Shown here: piece after piece, positions 57,776 through 64,000 of the stretch | Layout: every line of letters begins with the position of its first letter | Numbering within the stretch: the stretch's first letter is position 1 | Origin: Octopus vulgaris | Taxonomy: Eukaryota | Assembly: GCA_951406725.2 (NCBI GenBank) | Contig: OX597826.1 | Location: 45,384,001 to 45,448,000, forward strand | DNA: 64,000 nucleotides | Direction: 5' to 3' | Translations under genes and position numbers: made by a program | The notes under the pieces: model-generated | The model's database searches: none | What the model was told of the DNA's origin: nothing | The model's input: the letters and a program-made list of their open reading frames with translations, nothing else

Positions 57776-60659
57776 ATTTAAGGGATTCCGATAATCATAA
57801 ACATTTTAAAACATCTTTCGAATCTTTTTATTCAAGAGAGAAGATAATAACTCTGAGTATTTAATGGGCTTTAGAGACTAGTGGATATGAGTAAAGAAGG
57901 TATCCTCAAACCGAATATCTGGGCCAAATGTTTGCAACAGAGAGCAGGTGATAGCGTTAAACCTGGCGATAACTTCAATCTACCACTCAAGTAGACCATG
58001 GTAGAAAATTGAACTGAGGACGCAAATAGTCGAAACAGGTCCCACTGTTTAAGAAAAATTCATGGTAATTTTTCGTTTGGCGTGTCATCTGATCTGACGT
58101 TCTTAAAAATATGTCAATTCAACGCCCTAGATTGCTAAAGGTAATAGACTTCGGCAGGGTTTGAACTCGGAGCAGAGAGGTTTGTAACAAGTACCGAGAG
58201 GCATTATATCCAATGCTCTGATTATTCTGCCAATCTACTTCTTAATGTTGATCAGGTCACTAGTAAACTGAAAACTGAAACAATATCCGTGTTAACGATG
58301 TCATTTAAGAGATTGTCAATAGAATTTTCTTAGTTTCCAATTATAGTTTTCTCAAAATAATCCCCAGGATTAGAATAACCGATTTAGATTTATAACTAGG
58401 AAGATTTTTTGTTTTCTTTTGCGGGTTACATTTACATTTTTGCCATTAATATGATGGAGTCAATATTTATTTCAGCCGCATGCTGAGAACTAAATAGAGA
58501 TGTTTAAAGAAGAGATTGAGCAGAGATTTCAACAGAGCAGCTTGAATTGATCTGTATAGTATTAATGTTGCATTTTAATTTTTCTTTACTTTTTTTTTTC
58601 TTTCCGTTTTTTTTTTTTGTTCATTCCATTTCTCTCGGTTCTTCGATCACACGAAGTAGACCTTGTAGATATTTGCATTTGATCATCCAGGCGAAAATGC
58701 TTAAAAGCAAAATGGAGGAAAACATCAGGATTCAAACCCTTAATGTATTCAATATAGATGTTAGTAATTAAGTATCTAATTAAGAAATATTTGATTAACT
58801 AATGCGTACATTAAAAGCTATAGGCTGAAGCATTTGTTGTGTTATAACATATCAAGTTAGTGTTAACTAATTTGAAATACGTAATATTTGGAGAAATAAC
58901 TGAACTGGAGATTTTGTGGAAAACAGTAGCATATATTTGCCAAGTAAAATCCGCAACATTGATTTTGCTGTCTGAAACATCAATGTTATTTTGATGGTGC
59001 CGATCGACTTCATAATCTCTCTTATGTTCATGAAAGAACATAGAACCCCTTGAGGTACACTCACTGAGAATTCTCCCATACTTGAAAGAAAGTCGATTAT
59101 ATAGCTGCAATTATAGATCTGAGTAAAACTGTGTGATGTATGAATTAAATCAGTAACTGTGGCGATCTCAACAGGACACAAACAGTCGGAATTCCACAAA
59201 GTTTACTTTGTTCTTAAAGCGATCACGTTTCTGTCATTCAATTTTTCATATAGTTTAGTATTACTCGTCAAAGTTAAGTCGTTTATATATCTTAACCATT
59301 TCCACACAGCAGCTTTATTTCGTGTTAATACGGAACAGGGTTATACAAATAAAATCTTATTTGTGCTCTGTTTCCATTTCATGCTTCAATCAGATTTTAC
59401 CCTTAGATAATTAACCCTGAGTTACCAATTCCAAAGCATTAGGCCAGTGCTGTTAGACCCTCTTTCTATGAAAGAAACAAAACTATAAAACGTGTTCTCA
59501 ACTGTTTCTCCAAAATTGTGTTTTGGGTTTGTAGAAATCGAATTGTTTCTTCAGCTGGCTTTAATATTGAACAAAGAATTTCAAAATTACATACTCTTTG
59601 GTTTAATAGCCATCACAGAACTACTCACTCAGAATTGATTTACGGCTGAACAGCAACCTTGTATCTAAATTGTTTCAAGTTTTGGTACAAGGCCAACGAT
59701 TTTCAGAGAAGGGTGTTGGTCGATACAATCTTTACTGGTACTTTACAGTAGCTTCGCAATAATTTACTGGTTCTTTAATCGTACTTTAATTAATTGGCCC
59801 CGACAGGAGGGAAAGAAAGGTAATCTCGGCGATTTGAACTCAGTACTTTACTAAGTAGAAGAATAAGCAATAAGTGAATAACACTGTGTAACATGATTTT
59901 AATTTTTTTGTTTTGTTTTTGGTCAGTAAGTGTTATTTCCTATTTGATTCTATATACAAATCAAAAGAAATGACTACTAGCCTCTTCAAACGTTGCTTTT
60001 TTTTACCTGGATATCAATGTTTTCAAACTGATCTTTTTTCCATTACATTTCAGACAGATTCGATGCTGAGTTACTGAAGCAGAAATATCGTTATAGCAAA
60101 TATTATGCTCAATACCACAGCTTTTCTTGTCAGTTGCTTGACCATACCCATTTGAGCACGTACCTCAGTGGCTGGTAATATGTGTATCTCTAATGATGAG
60201 CAGGAATAGTGGGGTAGCATCATGGCCATGTGTTGAGAAGTATTCTTTGGGATTTGAATAAATGTATCAAATAAAAATTTGAAGGAAATATTAACTATTT
60301 ACCATACTTTCTAGGGTTAAGTAACTAGGAAATAATAGTTGCTGCCCAAGGACAAAAATTATGTTACACAGTGTAATCAATCTTTTTTTATTAACCTGCC
60401 CCACACAAATAACTGGTATTATATACCTTCTCAAGTGCAAACAACTGTAAATATAACTATAGCCCAGTACTTAGCAAATACTTTATTTTATCGACCACGA
60501 AAGGATGAAAGGCAAAATTAATCTCATCGAGATTTGAACTCAGAACGTAGTGAGCAAAGGCAGGAGCACCAAATATTGACAGATGCATCAACGAGTTTGC
60601 CAGCCTATCACCTTAACCGTATGTCTGAATTAGAAACCATTATTTTTGTCGCTGCCAGA

Positions 60660-61240
60660 GTGTTGTTGTTAAACCCAGGACAGTCTTTATCCAGCAGATC
60701 TATGATCAAAATCATATTTAGGATTGTATTAACAGTGCTCACTTCTTGTTTTAAGATATTAAGGTGTGATTTCAAGGAGATTTAGCTGTTATTTCTAGCA
60801 AAGAGAGATAGAGAGAGTGATTGTCCAAAGACAACATCATAGCCCATTTGATAGAACATCAGACACTTTTTACAACGAATCATTGTCGTTTGGCCCCTAA
60901 CTAATCTCTGATCAAGCAGATATTTCAGTCATAACCATCTCCACATTTTGTTTTTCAGATACCCTATTTTTCCAAGAACACCTTGCATAGTGTGTCTTTT
61001 TTTCGAACAATATGTGTGATTTGATGGATATTTGGTTGCTATTTCTAGCAAATTTAGCATCCACATAAAGGTTTCTCGGTTTGATTAATTCTGAGTAGAT
61101 CTATGATCAAAGGCATTCCAACTGTGGTCGTGCTGATATTCTTTCCTGTGTATCAAAGGCTACATTGTCAGTGTGCTCCTTGTATCTTGTTTAAGTCTAG
61201 AGAGAGCATTTGAGGTAAATTTTAACTACTATTTCTACCA
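60660..61240. repeat. Three diverged tandem copies of an unclassified dispersed repeat
   Basis: Recurrent GCAGATCTATGATCAAA...GTGATTT..GGAGATTT.GCTG.TATTTCTAGCA. Related pieces near 17905 and 33710. Confidence 0.5.
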
Positions 61241-61254
61241 GAATAAACGATAAT

Positions 61255-61550
61255 TATCGGACTCTCTCCAGCGTGCCTACAAGCGTGCTGTCCCCTCCCT
61301 GCCTTGTTATTGCTACAGTAATAGCGTTTATTCCTTGGGTCTGACTGGTTTCTTACCTCCAGCACACGATTACTTTCGATCCACGTGTCTTTGGCTCCAC
61401 TCTCTGTTAGCGCGTTCATTTTCCTCGACTCTGCACTAACCCTGTTTTTCCCCCGTCCCTTTTCCTCTATAGAAGCTTTTATTTTTTCCCTCATAACTTT
61501 TCTGCAAGTGATAATGTGCAACAATTTAAACGGAACATTAATGGCGTCAT
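61255..61550 (+). mobile_element. 3' end of a CR1/Zenon-like LINE
   Basis: SLQRAYKRAVPSL..Y.YSN..YSLGLTGFLPP....RST...; ends SDNVQQFKRNIN. Confidence 0.5.
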
Positions 61551-61898
61551 GCTCACTAGTCTCAGAGGCTCTGCAAATATCATGAATAATGATTCTTTTC
61601 CCAGACTCTACAAACAAAATGAATTTAAAAAATTATATCGCGGCTTCCTCGTTGGTTCCAGCGTTATTAGTTATTAGAAATAGTGAAAATATGAAAGAAT
61701 TGCAAGTAACGCCATAGGAAGATATTAAAGGTAGTATGTAAATACAGGGACGATACAAAAATACAGGCTGAAATATACAGGCCAGTGCTGGCGTTACAAG
61801 GGGAAGTTGGTAACTGAAGAGGTTCTGTTGCAACCTGCTCGTGGTAAATGAGGTAGAGGTAGACCACCAAGAGACTAAATTAAGCAACTGGTGAAAGA

Positions 61899-62085
61899 CA
61901 TTCCTGTGTTACTAGAGCCATGTGTGATAGTACAGAAACACATATGGCCTCCCATTGCATACACTCTCTATCCAGGGCTTAACTATTCCAGCAGGACCTC
62001 AAAGTAGGAGGCAGAGTTAACTCTAAGATGTTGTGTAAAGAAGTAAGGAGGTATCACATGTCCTTCATTGCTGACAACCCCAAAG
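61899..62085 (-). mobile_element. Internal fragment duplicated from the adjacent maT element
   Basis: Matches ~62614-62805, including variants absent from the 6.3-kb copy. Confidence 0.8.
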
Positions 62086-62230
62086 AGCTTTGGGTGACAG
62101 AAAGGAATGGAAGACACGAATCACGAATTCCAAAAAAAATTCTCGATCTGATAACTAAGTAACTAAGTCCCTCACACAGATTGATACAGGTATGTTCATA
62201 TATGTATCTAAGTATATATACTTATATATA

Positions 62231-63329
62231 CAGGGTGCGTAAGATATTTAAGGACTAATTTATGTTTATAAAAAAAAAAACAGATATATAATAACAAAAA
62301 TTTATTTATCAAAAAATGCTATGAGAATAAAAATAACCCTTTTCTAAAATGTCATTCAATAAACCCACCTTCAGCTTCAACAGCTGCTTCTATCTGAGAT
62401 CTAAATCATCTACATGGTCGAATCAAGTGGTCCTGGTTCATTTTGGACATTACTGTGACTACGGTAGCCTTCTAAGAAACTTTGGTGTTATGGGTGTGTT
62501 CATTGACCTTTTTCTCAACAATGATCCATATGTAATAGTCCAATGGATTGAGATCTGGGGAATTAGGAAGCCAAATGTTAGGGGTTATGTGATCAGGAAA
62601 TTTTTCAACCATCCATTCCTGTGTTACTAGAGCCATGTGTGATAGTGCAGATACTTACTGAAACACATATAGCCTTCCATTGCATACACTCTGTATCCAG
62701 GGCTTAACTATTTCAGGACCTCAAAGTAGGAGACAGAGTTAACTCTAAGATATTGTGTAAAGAAGTAAGGAGGTATCACATGTCCTTCATTGCTGACAAC
62801 TCTTAAAAGCATGACAGTTGCAGGAAATTTTGTATGTATCTGTCATTTCTTCTGTTAATTTGATCTTGGTCGAAGTTTTTTTCGTTTCAGAAAAACCAAA
62901 TCAAATCTTCTGCTGGATTTTTCAGTTTGTTTAAGAGCCTTTTAAATCTGATGTAGTGATTTTCTTTTGCTTTTTCTGACATATTGACCTTTCCTCATTA
63001 TATAAAGCTGATGTCTTCGTGGAACTTGCTGGATAATTTCAGGTGTTTAGAATGCTTTTTATGCTTTGATACTGGTGATACGTTTCCATTTTCAGTCTCT
63101 AGCTCCTTTCAAACATTGTAGACGCAAGATCTAGCAACTGTTAAAAATCGAGATATTTCTAAATTGCTATTCTCAGCCTTTATAACCACAATAACAGCAT
63201 GCCTCTTCGTTTCTTGAGTAAGCTGAGGGTTTGCCATTATTATATTCTAAAACAAAGATTATACAGAGTTAGCAAAAAATGCAGCAATGACCCCAAAAAG
63301 GTATGTCTTCAAATAACTTACGCACCATG
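62231..63329 (-). mobile_element. DD37D (maT-type) element with both TIRs and TA TSD, internally deleted
   Basis: TA-CAGGGTGCGTAAGATATTT ... AAATAACTTACGCACCATG-TA. Start MANPQLTQE near 63237; end ..EAEGGFIE*. Confidence 0.88.
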
Positions 63330-63415
63330 TATATGTGTGTGTGTGCGCGTGTGTGTGCGTGCGTGTGTGTGTGCTTAAGTGTATGCATGTGTGTGGGGTG
63401 CTATTTCTAGCTCTT

Positions 63416-63470
63416 CTGATGAGTACCCTGATTGGTTTATACTAAACTCTCGTGTACGAAACGGATTGTA
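63416..63470 (+). ncRNA. Hammerhead-like core
   Basis: CTGATGA-GTAC...GTAC-GAAAC-GGATT-GTA. Stem I is reduced to TT/AA. Confidence 0.45.
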
Positions 63471-64000
63471 AATTCGGCTGAAAAATACTGTATTGTATAA
63501 ATATTGGTTTCAAATTTTATACAAAAGGCCTGCAATTCCCGGACCAGTGACGTTAAGTCGATTGCATCGACCACAGTGTTCAACTGGTGCTTAATTTATC
63601 AACCTTAAAAGGATCAAAGGCAAAGTCGATCTCGATGGAATTTGGACTCAGAACGTTAGGGCGAGCGAAATGCTCACCAACTTGCCGCATATTTGCATTG
63701 TATATATGATAATAATAACCATACGGATATGCATGCGTAGGGTAAAGGGTAAAGACACCCTTTGATCATGAATAACCATGGGACTCCTCCTAGAAAGTTC
63801 CCCTTCGAGGCACAAGTCCGGCCAAGGTGGTTTATGGAAGACCAGCAGTCACCCATGCATATCAGCCTCCCGTCTCCACAGCACCGATGTTGTTCAAGGG
63901 TAAGGTAAAGGCCATATACAGCTTGGCACCTGTGACGTAGCAACTCATTTCCACAGCTGGAACAACGTGAAATAAAGTGTCTAGATCAAGAACACAACAC

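Noticed and set aside
58014-58041. CTGAGGA...GAAACAGGTC as a hammerhead
   Set aside because: Formed by the junction of a decayed SINE head with the inverted 53-bp insertion. No stem I and a poor stem II.
58811-59199. Overlapping non-repetitive ORFs of 99-110 aa
   Set aside because: No motif recognised; length is compatible with chance.
59411-60320. TTAACCCT...AGGGTTAA as a single piggyBac element
   Set aside because: Complementarity is limited to a few bases and the interval contains unrelated repeats.

Overview
AT-rich, microsatellite-dense animal DNA in which I could not support any host protein-coding exon. The repeat repertoire suggests a cephalopod such as octopus; that assignment is inference. 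Identifiable content is almost all mobile DNA. It includes a young, GC-rich, 5'-truncated Tx1/L1-type LINE inside a (GATA)n tract, several R4/Dong-like RLE-LINE pieces tied to (TAA)n, and degenerate CR1/Zenon-like and RTE-like LINEs. There are also four Tc1/mariner classes (DD36E, DD37D, DD41D, mariner-type), MITEs, and three tRNA-derived SINE families (my labels A, B, C). Three observations stand out. (1) Several unrelated Penelope-type pseudo-LTR relics carry hammerhead-ribozyme cores in fold-back inverted repeats; one keeps a GIY-YIG remnant, a promoter and an inverted pLTR copy. (2) SINE A shares its 3' terminus with the (GATA)n-embedded Tx1 LINE and repeatedly sits at the same position inside other SINE A copies. 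(3) A SINE head has been amplified into a 31/62-bp minisatellite. Most listed ORFs are microsatellite translation artefacts. All family assignments come from motif recognition by eye, not from database searches.
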